A stretch of DNA of 64,000 bases, from positions 77,125 through 141,124 of the forward strand of contig JBAXSP010000002.1 of assembly GCA_037130655.1 (NCBI GenBank), given 5' to 3'. The position numbers and the translations under genes are program-made. Of this stretch, positions 28,079-38,182 are shown one piece after another. The notes under the pieces are model-generated. The model searched no databases. It was not told the origin of the DNA and saw nothing but the letters and a program-made list of their open reading frames with translations. The DNA is from a bacterium (GTDB taxonomy: Bacteria; Patescibacteriota; Minisyncoccia; Phycocordibacterales; UBA9973). Within the stretch, counting starts at the first letter, position 1; each line of letters opens with the position of its first letter.

Positions 28079-28648
28079 TTATTTCAGCAATGCGTCACAG
28101 ATACTTATTTTGGAACCTTCGTGAAAATTATAATAATTGTCGAACACATCGAGAATATCCATAATTTCAACTTTATCAAGTTTCCTGAACTCTTTCTTCG
28201 GCTCGATCGGCATAACTCTACCGTTCGGATTTGCCGTAACCATCAAAGAATAACTAGGAGTATCGTTCAGTGGACTGACGTAGTGCCAGCCATTTTTTTC
28301 TGTCATAGTATAAACAGATGTTGGTGCAAGCATTATTTCAGAATCAATACACACAGGAGCTTCTTCATTTTCTGAATGACCGATTCCCATTTCATAAGCA
28401 CCTTTAACAATTCTTATCACAGAATCCCACGGATGCGGATGAAATAGTGCTTCTTTTTTTGAATCACACGACTCGATCTTGTGCAAATAAATTCGATATT
28501 TACCCGATTGAAACCAGATCCGTTTTACAAAAGGTTGGTGATAGTCGATATACATAGAGTGTAATTCTTCTTTATGATCTAGAAGCAAATGACTTAATCT
28601 CATTTCGATATCATGTAAGACATCTTTCATTATAAAGTTTTTATCCAT
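28079..28648 (-). CDS. Hypothetical cupin-like protein
   Basis: HPHPW...GAYE...WHYV metal-binding pattern. Confidence 0.6.
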   Translation of the reverse strand: MDKNFIMKDVLHDIEMRLSHLLLDHKEELHSMYIDYHQPFVKRIWFQSGKYRIYLHKIESCDSKKEALFHPHPWDSVIRIVKGAYEMGIGHSENEEAPVCIDSEIMLAPTSVYTMTEKNGWHYVSPLNDTPSYSLMVTANPNGRVMPIEPKKEFRKLDKVEIMDILDVFDNYYNFHEGSKISICDALLK

Positions 28649-28686
28649 TTTGATATGTTTTTATCCAAACAGACTATATATGAAAG

Positions 28687-29787
28687 CTATTTTTTAGTCA
28701 AAAATTCGGTAATGATTTGACGGACCAATGTGGCACTGTTGCCTTCATCCATCAAACGGACGCGTAATTCTTTGGATCCCGGGAATCCATGCACATATGC
28801 TTTGAAATGTTTTTTCATAATGGCGAAGTTTTTCACGTCACCCAATTTCTTTTCAAAAAGTTCTGAATGTTCAATGAGGACACGGAGTTTTTCTTCGGTT
28901 GGAATGTCTTTGGTGTTTTTGAGCCAGTAGCGATTTTTCTTGCCGATAAGAGAAAAGATGAAGGTGCGGACAGGTGCGAAAAAATTTCCTATGAAATTTT
29001 TTCGCACCTGTTTTCCTGTTGTGCCCGCAAACAACCACGGATTTCCAAAAGCAGCACGCCCTACCATGATTCCATCACAACCAGTTTCTTTTGCGAGTTT
29101 TCGTCCTTGTTCAAGATTTTCTACATCACCATTTCCGATAATCAATGTCGGTATATTCATTTTGTCGCGTATCGCAACCACTTCTTTGACATATTCCCAC
29201 TTGGCTGGAACTTTCGACAAATCTTTGCGAGTACGTGCATGTATCGTCAAACACGCAATATCTTGTGACAACAGAAATGGAATCCATGTCCCAATCTCTA
29301 CATTGTTGTAACCAACACGAGTCTTCACTGATACGGGAATATTTTTTCCAGCATCTAGAATTCCATCTTTCGTTGCTTGAATGATAAGCGCTGCAATTTC
29401 TGGAGTTTTGATCATTGCAGAACCACAACCTTGTTTCTCGATACTTTTGTCTGGACACCCCATATTGATATCGATACCGTCGAAACCAAGTTCGGCGACA
29501 AACTTCGCCGCTTGTCGCATTTTCTCTACATTCGAAGAAAAGAGTTGCGCCACGATTGGTCGTTCACCTTCGGTATATTCGAGGTCTCGTTTCAGTACTT
29601 CCCGCCCTGCACTTGCTAGTCCGTCAGAAGAAACGAATTCAGTCCACAATACTTCTGGTTTACCATACTTCACAAACAAACTTCGAAATGCCACATCAGT
29701 CACATCAGCCATCGGCGCCAAGGCAAAAAAAGGATTTCCATCCCCTCGGTGCTCTTTTTTCAATTGTTCCCAAAAACCCATTTGCAT
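28687..29787 (-). CDS. dus: tRNA-dihydrouridine synthase
   Basis: LAPMADVTD, DINMGCP, SVKTR, IHART, GNGDV, MVGRA. Confidence 0.94.
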   Translation of the reverse strand: MQMGFWEQLKKEHRGDGNPFFALAPMADVTDVAFRSLFVKYGKPEVLWTEFVSSDGLASAGREVLKRDLEYTEGERPIVAQLFSSNVEKMRQAAKFVAELGFDGIDINMGCPDKSIEKQGCGSAMIKTPEIAALIIQATKDGILDAGKNIPVSVKTRVGYNNVEIGTWIPFLLSQDIACLTIHARTRKDLSKVPAKWEYVKEVVAIRDKMNIPTLIIGNGDVENLEQGRKLAKETGCDGIMVGRAAFGNPWLFAGTTGKQVRKNFIGNFFAPVRTFIFSLIGKKNRYWLKNTKDIPTEEKLRVLIEHSELFEKKLGDVKNFAIMKKHFKAYVHGFPGSKELRVRLMDEGNSATLVRQIITEFLTKK

Positions 29788-29789
29788 AA

Positions 29790-30653
29790 TTACTTTGCTT
29801 TATAGAAAACTTTGTTTCCAAAACGTAAATCAATATATAGCATATTGAAAACGTTATTTCTATCTTTGAATACATCTGATGCAAGTACTGAGCTCAAATG
29901 CTCGCCAATCAAACTACTATCGTCAGTGAGTGATACCTTTATTTCAGTCACTTGATTTTGATTATTTTTTATATAAAAAGAAAAATCTGCATCTTCGGGT
30001 TGTTGTACAACATTGGTTACAGTAAGTCCCAATATTTTGATCTGTGCCAATAAATGACTGACAGATTCAAATTGTTCTTTGGTAAATCCATAGGTTCCAG
30101 GATTTTTGCGTGTTGTGCCGTAGAGGACAGTGTACACATCTCCTGAAATATATGGTGCGTAGCCAAACAAAAATCCATCTTTATCCATAAACAAACATTG
30201 CGAATTACTATCCATTCCAAGAGGAGCAACATCACTACCGCACCAAATATATTGCGAGTTATATTCTTTGATCGCAACATGCAATCCTTTGAAACCAACA
30301 CGACTAACTGAAATAGCTGAGATACGAGGAATGACTGATTGAATCTTATGTTCCATTCGGCCAGTGCTTATCAGTAGTGTATTTGATTTTGGAACAAGCC
30401 ACAGATACTTCCCACCGATTCGTTTATTGATCGTATCGACAATCATTTGCGGTTCAACAACAACGGCACCTTCGACAGTGATATTGTTGATCAAGAATTT
30501 TTGCCAGCGCAAAAAAAACACCACCCCAACAACAAACAATACAAAAAGAACTGAAAACGCGATACTCCATTTTGAGCGTTTACTTTTGCGTTCCTGCACA
30601 ATCTTTTGATTCGATTGTTTCAAGATATCTTTTGTATGACGAATGTTATCCAT
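29790..30653 (-). CDS. ftsQ: Cell division protein FtsQ/DivIB
   Basis: Single TM, POTRA-like region, C-terminal YIDLRFGNKVFYK. Confidence 0.8.
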   Translation of the reverse strand: MDNIRHTKDILKQSNQKIVQERKSKRSKWSIAFSVLFVLFVVGVVFFLRWQKFLINNITVEGAVVVEPQMIVDTINKRIGGKYLWLVPKSNTLLISTGRMEHKIQSVIPRISAISVSRVGFKGLHVAIKEYNSQYIWCGSDVAPLGMDSNSQCLFMDKDGFLFGYAPYISGDVYTVLYGTTRKNPGTYGFTKEQFESVSHLLAQIKILGLTVTNVVQQPEDADFSFYIKNNQNQVTEIKVSLTDDSSLIGEHLSSVLASDVFKDRNNVFNMLYIDLRFGNKVFYKAK

Positions 30654-30749
30654 TTATATTATTATAGCAAACTTATTTTATCTCGTATTGATTATTTGAC
30701 AAATATATTTTGATAAAGTATATTATTTTCGGAACAAAATATATACTTT

Positions 30750-31091
30750 ATGACAAGAGCAGAATACATGGCGACAAAAAGCCAGATTGAATCTTTTTTT
30801 ACACCAATGCTATTAGCAACAAAACTAACTACTCAGACATTTGCAATCGTATCAACAGTATTAATATCAATAGCATCATGGAACGGAATTTGTTTTTACA
30901 TAATTCCTCTTATATTAGGAGCTGTTACAGCAATTGGTTCTTATTACAACTACTACATACTGAAAGAATTACTATCAAAACAAGAAAGTTTTATTGAGTT
31001 ACTTAACAAGTCATTCGCAAAAGGAGAAACTCTTGAAACATTTTTATCTTCAAGAAAAATGGACTATTTCTTTCCTGACAGTGATCAATAG
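30750..31091 (+). CDS. Hypothetical two-TM protein
   Basis: Two hydrophobic helices; upstream TTGACA; downstream hairpin. Confidence 0.6.
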   Translation: MTRAEYMATKSQIESFFTPMLLATKLTTQTFAIVSTVLISIASWNGICFYIIPLILGAVTAIGSYYNYYILKELLSKQESFIELLNKSFAKGETLETFLSSRKMDYFFPDSDQ

Positions 31092-31135
31092 TATCGAAAA
31101 CAAAAATCGCCCATCAGGCGATTTTCTTTTTTTTA

Positions 31136-32398
31136 TTACTTCCCAATCACCTCTTTCCCGAAATATTTCACCAATACTTCTGGAAGTTTAATCGTCCCAT
31201 CTGCTTGTTGGAAATTTTCTACCAATGAGACCAAGATTCGAGGAGTTGGAATTGCAGTACAGTTCAATGAGTGTGTGTATTGCATTTTGCCGTTCTCATC
31301 TTTGTATCTGATACCAAGTCGTCGAGTTTGAAAATCGTGGAAATATGATGCTGATGCAATTTCTCGATATTTTTCTTCTTTTGGTACCCAGAGATTGGTG
31401 TCATACATACGGACTTTTGCAAATCCCATATCACCCGTACAAGCATCAACAACTTCGTACGGAATACCGAGTGATTGAATAAATTCTTCAGTGTTTCTTT
31501 GTACTTCTTCGTGATACTTCACTGATTCAGTGTGACTTGCTTCACAAAGTATAACTTGTTCAAATTTATAAAATTCATGTACACGAATCAGTCCTTTGAC
31601 ATCTTTTGCGTGACTTCCTGCCTCGAGACGATAACATGGAGAAAATCCGAGCATCTTGATTGGCAATTGAGCCTTGTCCAATACTTCGTCCATATACATT
31701 CCCATCAGTGGCACTTCAGATGTTCCGACAAAATAATTGCCGTCTTGTGCTTTGTAAATATCAACTTCACCTTGTGGGATAAATCCGCAACCGAGCAATG
31801 ATTCACGCTTCACATTAATTGGAGGGATAATCGGATTGAATCCTTTCTTTGACCAAAATTCGAGTGCGTAATTCCAAATTGCAAAACACAGCCGTACACC
31901 ATCACCAGTCAAAAAGTATCCACGGAAGCCGTGCACTTTTGTACCACGTTCAACATCGAGCATGCCAAGTGCGGTCATGATTTCCATATGATCTTTTGGT
32001 TCGAAATCAAATTTTGGTTTGTCGCCCCAAGTAGTAACGACAACGTTATCATCTTCTGACTCACCTTGTGGAGCAGTGATGTCCGGCACGTTTGGTACCA
32101 ACAACATCATTCCTTGCCAATCATTCAAAACAGTCTTGTATGAATCTTCGAGTGCTTGGAGTTGTTCTTTGACTCCTTTCATTTCTTCAAGCAGTGTTGC
32201 TCTTTCAACATCAGTGGCTGATGGAATTTTTTCAGACACGGCATTTTGGCGTGCGCGCAATTCTTCGACTTGTCGCAACAAACCTAGTCGTTCTTCTTCT
32301 TTTGCAAGTAATGCATCAACGTCGAAATTGATGTGTTTTTTCTTGGCACCATCAGCTATTAAATCTTTGTTTTCTTTTATGAAGCGAATATCTAACAT
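31136..32398 (-). CDS. serS: Serine--tRNA ligase
   Basis: MLDIRF start, GTSEVP, YRLEAG, RVHEFYK, HSLNCT. Confidence 0.96.
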   Translation of the reverse strand: MLDIRFIKENKDLIADGAKKKHINFDVDALLAKEEERLGLLRQVEELRARQNAVSEKIPSATDVERATLLEEMKGVKEQLQALEDSYKTVLNDWQGMMLLVPNVPDITAPQGESEDDNVVVTTWGDKPKFDFEPKDHMEIMTALGMLDVERGTKVHGFRGYFLTGDGVRLCFAIWNYALEFWSKKGFNPIIPPINVKRESLLGCGFIPQGEVDIYKAQDGNYFVGTSEVPLMGMYMDEVLDKAQLPIKMLGFSPCYRLEAGSHAKDVKGLIRVHEFYKFEQVILCEASHTESVKYHEEVQRNTEEFIQSLGIPYEVVDACTGDMGFAKVRMYDTNLWVPKEEKYREIASASYFHDFQTRRLGIRYKDENGKMQYTHSLNCTAIPTPRILVSLVENFQQADGTIKLPEVLVKYFGKEVIGK

Positions 32399-32454
32399 AT
32401 TGGTGATTGTAGCAAATAATAGAAAAAAAGAAAAAGGCCTATGACAGGCCTTTT

Positions 32455-32664
32455 TTAAATCGTAATCCAAGTATTTTCCATTTCTTCCCAATTGACTTTT
32501 TTCCGAGCTAGGCAATCTCTCTGTTGCTGACGTAATCGAGCAAGTGTCTTGCGTTCATTTTTTACCTTTAGTTTTGAATAATCAACCGCTTTAAGTTTTT
32601 GACTTAGTAATTCAAGAAAATTCTCTTCTTTTCCTGTTAGTGGAAGTGATTTTTTGTGTCCCAT
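32455..32664 (-). CDS. Small hypothetical protein
   Basis: 69-aa ORF filling the serS-dprA gap. Confidence 0.4.
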   Translation of the reverse strand: MGHKKSLPLTGKEENFLELLSQKLKAVDYSKLKVKNERKTLARLRQQQRDCLARKKVNWEEMENTWITI

Positions 32665-32705
32665 ATTCTTTTATATTTATTACCGCTCTAGACTATACTA
32701 TATAT

Positions 32706-33569
32706 ATGTATAGAATTCAAAAACTATCTCCAAATGACTTCCTTCCGCAATTACGTGAAATTCCTCAGCCACCAAAAGAACTCTATCTTGTCGGCGAACT
32801 TCCCGACCCCGATGAGTATGTGTATCTAGCAATTGTTGGTTCACGCAAACATACTTCGTACGGCAAAGATGTTGTCAAAAAATTGGTCGCATCACTCGCT
32901 GGAGAAAAAGTGGTGATTGTTTCAGGTCTCGCTATCGGTATCGATGGCATCGCACATCAATCAGCCATCGAGAATGGATTGAAAACCATCGCGATTCCAG
33001 GATCAGGACTTGATGACAATGTTATCTACCCACGAATTCATTTGAATCTTGCAAAACAAATTGTACAAAAAGGAGGCGCACTACTTTCCGAACTTGCACC
33101 AACAACTCGAGCAAATACGTGGACTTTCCCAATGCGAAATAGAATCATGGCAGGACTTTGTCGTGCAGTACTGATCATTGAAGCTGAAGAAAAATCTGGA
33201 ACACTCATCACCGCACGCATGGCCGTCGATTATAATCGTGATGTCTTAGTCGTGCCAGGCAATATCAATTCTCCTGCATCAAAAGGCACCAATCAATTTC
33301 TGCGACTCGGAGCAACACCGATTACTTGTCCGGAAGATTTATGGGAAGCACTCGGCATCAAAAAAGAAGTGACAAAAATAGTCAGTGAACAAATGCACAA
33401 TCTTTCTGATGACGAAAAAATAGTATTCGAACTCCTCATAGAACCAATGACCAAAGATGAAATTTTTGAACAAACCGATTTTGATATCGTGCAAATAAAT
33501 ACGATTTTGATGTTGCTTGAACTCAAAAATCTGACCAAAGAGGAATTTGGAAAAATACGAAGAATTTAA
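32706..33569 (+). CDS. dprA: DNA processing protein DprA
   Basis: AIVGSR, VSGLAIGID, FPMRNRIMAG, SGTLITA; directly upstream of topA. Confidence 0.95.
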   Translation: MYRIQKLSPNDFLPQLREIPQPPKELYLVGELPDPDEYVYLAIVGSRKHTSYGKDVVKKLVASLAGEKVVIVSGLAIGIDGIAHQSAIENGLKTIAIPGSGLDDNVIYPRIHLNLAKQIVQKGGALLSELAPTTRANTWTFPMRNRIMAGLCRAVLIIEAEEKSGTLITARMAVDYNRDVLVVPGNINSPASKGTNQFLRLGATPITCPEDLWEALGIKKEVTKIVSEQMHNLSDDEKIVFELLIEPMTKDEIFEQTDFDIVQINTILMLLELKNLTKEEFGKIRRI

Positions 33570-33625
33570 TTTTGTGGAAAACATAAATTTGCACAAATAT
33601 AAAAATGGTAGTATTAATAGGTCTT

Positions 33626-35926
33626 ATGTCAAAGAAACTACTAATCGTTGAGTCACCTTCAAAAGCCAAAACTATCGAGAAATATCTCGATGGCGCATAT
33701 ACCGTGCGTGCTTCTGTCGGACACATTCGCGATCTTCCAAAATCAAACAAAAAAGCTATCGATATTCCCGGTGGCTTTATTCCGTCATACGAAATCTCAA
33801 AAGGCAAAGAAAAAGTCGTTGACGAACTGCAATCACTCGGAGAAAAAGCAACAGAAATCTTACTCGCAACTGACCCGGACCGCGAAGGAGAAGCTATTTC
33901 TTGGCACCTCCAAGAATTACTCAAGGCTGACAAAAAAATCAAAGCACCAATCAAACGTGTGACTTTCCACGAAATCACCAAAGAAGCTGTTATCGAAGCA
34001 CTGAAACATCCGCGTGATATTGATGACAACTTGGTCAAAGCTCAAGAAGCTCGTCGCGTGCTCGACCGTTTGGTTGGTTATGATTTGTCAGGTTTGATCT
34101 GGAAAAAAGTTCGTTATGGACTTTCTGCTGGACGTGTACAATCCCCTGCGCTTCGTATTCTTTGTGAACGCGAACGCGAAATCAAAGCATTCATTCCAGA
34201 AACCTATTGGGTATTGTCAGGACTATTTGAAACAGCCAAGAAAGTGCAAATTAAACTAGCTTGTGAAGAAGAGCCTCGTGACCAAACAGCAGTACAAAAA
34301 ATACTCGAGCTTGGAAATGCGAATCAATGGTTTGTCACTGAACTAAAGACGAGTGAACAAAAGCGTTCACCTCGCGCACCGTTTACTACTTCGACATTAC
34401 AACAAACAGCTTCAACTCGTTTGGCTTTTTCTCCATCTCGCACAATGCAAATTGCACAGAAATTGTACGAGGCTGGACATATCACCTATATGCGTACTGA
34501 CTCGACAACGCTTTCAGAAACATCTATCGCGAGTATCAAAAGTGTTATCGAAAAACAATACGGAAAAGAAATGGTAGAACTCCGTACGTACAAAACAAAA
34601 TCAAAAAATGCTCAAGAAGCTCACGAAGCGATTCGTCCAACTCATCCCGAAAAAGCATCTGCAGGAACGACTGATGAACAAAAAGCATTGTACAAATTGA
34701 TTTGGGAACGAACCGTCTCATCACAAATGATTGATGCACAACTTTTGAAAACCAAAATTTCTGCAAACATCAAACAAGGTGGTATTCCAAATTTCTCTGC
34801 CAATGGTTCACGTTTGATCAAAGCTGGATGGCTAGCTTGTGAAAGTGCTGCTCGTGGTGAAGATGTAGAACTCCCTGAAGTAAAAGAGGGTGAAGAATTG
34901 GGCGTCATCGAACTTGGTTCACTAGAAAAACAAACAGAACCACCAAACAGATATTCTGAAGCTGGTCTCGTCAAAGAACTCGAAGCTCGTGGCATTGGAC
35001 GTCCTTCAACCTATGCGTCTATTATTCGTACCATCGAAGAACGTGGGTACGTGGAGAAAATCAATCGTTCCTTGAAGCCAACAGATACTGGTGAAGTAGT
35101 TTCTTCGTTCCTTGAAGAAAACTTCATGGAATATATCGGAGATGATTTCACTGCAGAAATGGAAAACGAGCTCGATGAAATTGCCGATGGAACACGTGGC
35201 TATACAAAAACATTGAAAGACTTTTATGGTCCGTTCACCAAACACATCAAAGAAAAAGATAAAATGGATAAGCTGACGACACTCGGTGTTGCTGATCCAA
35301 AATACAAATGTCCAAAATGTGGCAAAGACATGGTCATCAAATTGGGACGTGGAGGCAAATTCCTCTCTTGTGCAACATATCCAGATTGTGACGGGGCTTT
35401 GACAATCGACGGCGTTGAAATCAAAAAAGATGAACCAATTGCAATCGACCCAGAATCAGGACTTCCAATTTTTGTACTCACTGGACGATTTGGTCCATAT
35501 GTCCAAATTGGTGAAGTGGTCAAAAAGAAAACAGCGAAGAAAAAAGTAGCTAAAAAAACAACGAAAAAGAAAAAAAGTGAAACTGTATCTGACGAAGTGA
35601 TTGAAGAAAAAGCTGAAGAAGTTGTAAGTCCTAGAAATGGACGACGTGCAAGTATTCCAAAAGAAATTGATCCGAGTACTGTCACCGAAGAGATGGCGCT
35701 CAAATATTTGTCACTTCCTCGTGTGCTCGGGCAACACGAAGATGGAGTAGATGTGATTGCCAACGTCGGACGGTTTGGTCCATATGTCGGACACGAACGA
35801 AATTTCCGTTCAATCAAAAAACCACTCGATGTATACACGATCACACTCGACGAAGCACTCCATCTACTGGCACAAGAAAAAAAGCCCCGCGGTTTTCAGA
35901 AAAAGAAGCCGAATGGTGAGAAGTGA
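33626..35926 (+). CDS. topA: DNA topoisomerase I
   Basis: IVESPSKAK, ATDPDREGE, SAGRVQ, ITYMRTDS, zinc finger, GRFGPY repeats. Confidence 0.97.
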   Translation: MSKKLLIVESPSKAKTIEKYLDGAYTVRASVGHIRDLPKSNKKAIDIPGGFIPSYEISKGKEKVVDELQSLGEKATEILLATDPDREGEAISWHLQELLKADKKIKAPIKRVTFHEITKEAVIEALKHPRDIDDNLVKAQEARRVLDRLVGYDLSGLIWKKVRYGLSAGRVQSPALRILCEREREIKAFIPETYWVLSGLFETAKKVQIKLACEEEPRDQTAVQKILELGNANQWFVTELKTSEQKRSPRAPFTTSTLQQTASTRLAFSPSRTMQIAQKLYEAGHITYMRTDSTTLSETSIASIKSVIEKQYGKEMVELRTYKTKSKNAQEAHEAIRPTHPEKASAGTTDEQKALYKLIWERTVSSQMIDAQLLKTKISANIKQGGIPNFSANGSRLIKAGWLACESAARGEDVELPEVKEGEELGVIELGSLEKQTEPPNRYSEAGLVKELEARGIGRPSTYASIIRTIEERGYVEKINRSLKPTDTGEVVSSFLEENFMEYIGDDFTAEMENELDEIADGTRGYTKTLKDFYGPFTKHIKEKDKMDKLTTLGVADPKYKCPKCGKDMVIKLGRGGKFLSCATYPDCDGALTIDGVEIKKDEPIAIDPESGLPIFVLTGRFGPYVQIGEVVKKKTAKKKVAKKTTKKKKSETVSDEVIEEKAEEVVSPRNGRRASIPKEIDPSTVTEEMALKYLSLPRVLGQHEDGVDVIANVGRFGPYVGHERNFRSIKKPLDVYTITLDEALHLLAQEKKPRGFQKKKPNGEK

Positions 35927-36016
35927 TGGGATCACTTCGCAAGACCTTTTGAGATAGATTTCGAGCCATGCGAAGAAATATATCCAAAAGGTGTACTGAA
36001 ACTGTAAGTTTTTCAG
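35915..36016 (+). repeat. Dispersed structured repeat core, non-tRNA copy 2 (overlaps the topA stop)
   Basis: GGTGAG-AAGTGATGGGATCACTT-CGCAAGACCTTTTGAGATAGATTTC...GAAATATATCCAAAAGGTGTAC-TGAAACTGTAAGTTT. Confidence 0.9.
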
Positions 36017-36043
36017 AAGAAAAAGAAAGACTAGTTAAAATAT

Positions 36044-36080
36044 AAAAGGCCGAATTTTGTTTCTCAAAATTCGGCCTTTT
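36044..36080. terminator. Bidirectional terminator
   Basis: AAAAGGCCGAATTTTG-TTTCT-CAAAATTCGGCCTTTT between topA and parB. Confidence 0.85.
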
Positions 36081-36086
36081 ATTATA

Positions 36087-37286
36087 CTAGAGTGAAAAAT
36101 TCTTCAAATTATACAAGTCATCAACAATCGTATCTGCAACCTGCTTTTCTTCTTTGGTACTATCATCTAGACTATCCAATCCTTCTTCTGTTTCAATCTT
36201 AAACTCTTCAGCTTCATCTTTAAACATTTGAACTTGCTGTTCAAACTCATTTATTTCTTTGTTCCCACTCAATTCAAGGTGTTGTATTTCAGGAATTTGA
36301 TTTACGATTTCTGCATGTTCACCCAATTCTAAATTCTGAACTTCAGGAATTTTTGAATTTCCTGACTGCTCATTCACCACTTCCAATTGATCACTATGTT
36401 CTTTTTTAACTTCAAACGCTTTCATAAAACGATTGATTGCATCATTTGGATCGTGTTTGATCTCACTTGATTTGAGTACACCTACCAATGAATCCAAGTC
36501 TTCATTCGAAAAGAAATCAATCAGAATCTGCCCGCCAACTGCTTTGCGTTCGATATGTACACGAGTCCCTAAAGATTCTTGTAGTGTCTTTTCGATACTA
36601 ACCAATTCTGGATCTTCTTTGTATTCATTCCTGCGAACTTTGTCAGTCGCGATTTTGCGAGACAAACGTTCTGCTTCACGCACAGTAATTTTTTTGTACA
36701 AAATCTCTTTGAACAATACGAGCTGTTCTTCCGGATGATCTTTCAACATGAGCAACGGACGTGTGTGACCTTCACTGATTTTTCCTTCAGACAATGCTTG
36801 CAAAATTTCTTCTGGTAACGCAAGAATACGAATCGTATTGGCAACATACTCACGACTCTTCCCCATTTTTTGTCCAATCTGTGTACTAGTAAAACCAAAT
36901 TTTTCTGAAAGTTGTTTGAATGCTTTTGCTCGTTCTACCGCATTCAAATCTTCACGTTGCAAGTTCTCAATGATAGCCAATTCAAACTTCATCAAGTTAT
37001 CATCTCCAATACGAATGACGACAGGTACTTGCGAAACCCCTGCAAGCTTTGATGCGCGCAACCGTCGCTCTCCTGCAATCAATTCATATTCTGTAGTCAT
37101 TCCCCCATCTTCAGTATCACGTTCAACACGAGATACAACAAGTGGTTGCAATATTCCATAGATACGAATAGAGTCCGCCAAATCACGCAACTTGTCTTCC
37201 TCGAATTCACGACGAGGCTGATATGGATTTGGCTTGATTTTGTCGACATCAATCCAGAATATTGAGTTTGAATACAGTTGCGCCAT
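36087..37286 (-). CDS. parB: ParB/Spo0J partition protein
   Basis: PNPYQPR, GILQP, IAGERRLRA, ENLQREDL, HTH; long acidic tail. Confidence 0.95.
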   Translation of the reverse strand: MAQLYSNSIFWIDVDKIKPNPYQPRREFEEDKLRDLADSIRIYGILQPLVVSRVERDTEDGGMTTEYELIAGERRLRASKLAGVSQVPVVIRIGDDNLMKFELAIIENLQREDLNAVERAKAFKQLSEKFGFTSTQIGQKMGKSREYVANTIRILALPEEILQALSEGKISEGHTRPLLMLKDHPEEQLVLFKEILYKKITVREAERLSRKIATDKVRRNEYKEDPELVSIEKTLQESLGTRVHIERKAVGGQILIDFFSNEDLDSLVGVLKSSEIKHDPNDAINRFMKAFEVKKEHSDQLEVVNEQSGNSKIPEVQNLELGEHAEIVNQIPEIQHLELSGNKEINEFEQQVQMFKDEAEEFKIETEEGLDSLDDSTKEEKQVADTIVDDLYNLKNFSL

Positions 37287-37421
37287 AGGAAAAATGAATT
37301 AACGTGTTACTAATTTATAGAAATATTTTAACACAAAAGACCAAAACTCGTTATGTGTTTGAAATAAAAAGATGATTGATTTTAAGCAGATTTTGTTATA
37401 TTATAAAAAAGTCATTCAATT

Positions 37422-37502
37422 GCCGGAGTGGCGGAATGGTAGACGCGCTCGACTCAAAATCGAGTTTCGAAAGAGGTGGAGGTTCGAGTCCTCTCTCCGG
37501 CA
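37422..37502 (+). tRNA. tRNA-Leu(CAA)
   Basis: GCCGGAG/CTCCGGC acceptor, CTCGA-CTCAAAA-TCGAG, long variable arm. Confidence 0.96.
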
Positions 37503-37669
37503 CAAAAAAAAATCACCGTAAGGTGATTTTTTGATGCCGGAGAGAGCGCAAGTATTTTGTTAGACAAAATACGAGCACGGACTCGAAAAGCTTTTGTGAT
37601 AGATTTCAAGTTATACGAAGAAATATATCCAAAAGGTGTACTGCGCCTGTAAGGCGAGAGTCCTCTCCG
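37503..37669 (+). repeat. tRNA-3'-linked structured element (Leu-CAA copy)
   Basis: Hairpin, TGCCGGAGAGAG-[hairpin]-GGACTCGAA, core AAGCTTTTG...CCAAAAGGTGTAC..CGCCTGTAAGGCG, sense copy GAGTCCTCTCCG. Confidence 0.9.
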
Positions 37670-37731
37670 TTTCTTTAAAAAACCCAACACATAGTGTTGG
37701 GTCTAAAGCAAAAAAAACAGACTGCTTACAT

Positions 37732-38124
37732 TCATTTACCTATTTTTGTTTCGTATAAAACCTGAACGGATTCAATAATATTCACCGGTATAGTAAATTT
37801 GTGTTCAGTTTTTAGATAACGAGAATCATCATGTATCTCTGAATTACCTGACCAGTATTCGTACTTCTGAACTTCGATCTGCTGTTCCTTCTTGTCTACA
37901 GACAGAACTATGGCAGTAAGATGAAGTTTTTTATTCTGACCTACTAATAATGACCAGCCATTCTGAGAATAATCATATTCTTTCGAATAATGTTGAGCAA
38001 AATATTCACCAGCATTTTCTTTGAAGTGAAAATGCATAGGTATTTTATCAGATTGTAAAAAAGACAGGATAATGAATTTTTCATCGTCAGAACTTTGAGC
38101 AAAAAATTTATTTTTAGTGTGCAT
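37732..38124 (-). CDS. Hypothetical protein
   Basis: 130-aa ORF, no recognised motif. Confidence 0.6.
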   Translation of the reverse strand: MHTKNKFFAQSSDDEKFIILSFLQSDKIPMHFHFKENAGEYFAQHYSKEYDYSQNGWSLLVGQNKKLHLTAIVLSVDKKEQQIEVQKYEYWSGNSEIHDDSRYLKTEHKFTIPVNIIESVQVLYETKIGK

Positions 38125-38182
38125 GTTATTTATTTAAAAACTCCATTTGTAAAATAACACAAAAGATGCTATTGTGTCAATA

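Noticed and set aside
33523-35844. Long antisense ORFs in topA (also in clpB, the ABC-F gene, dus and gyrA)
   Set aside because: Shadow frames of well-supported genes.
36268-36352. Duplicated IPE(V/I)Q(N/H)LEL motif in the ParB tail
   Set aside because: Short duplication in a low-complexity acidic tail; no function can be supported.
37503-37669. tRNA-associated theta/HDV or hammerhead ribozyme
   Set aside because: I could not find the nested pseudoknot or CTGAnGA/GAAA core by eye; a covariance-model search is still needed.
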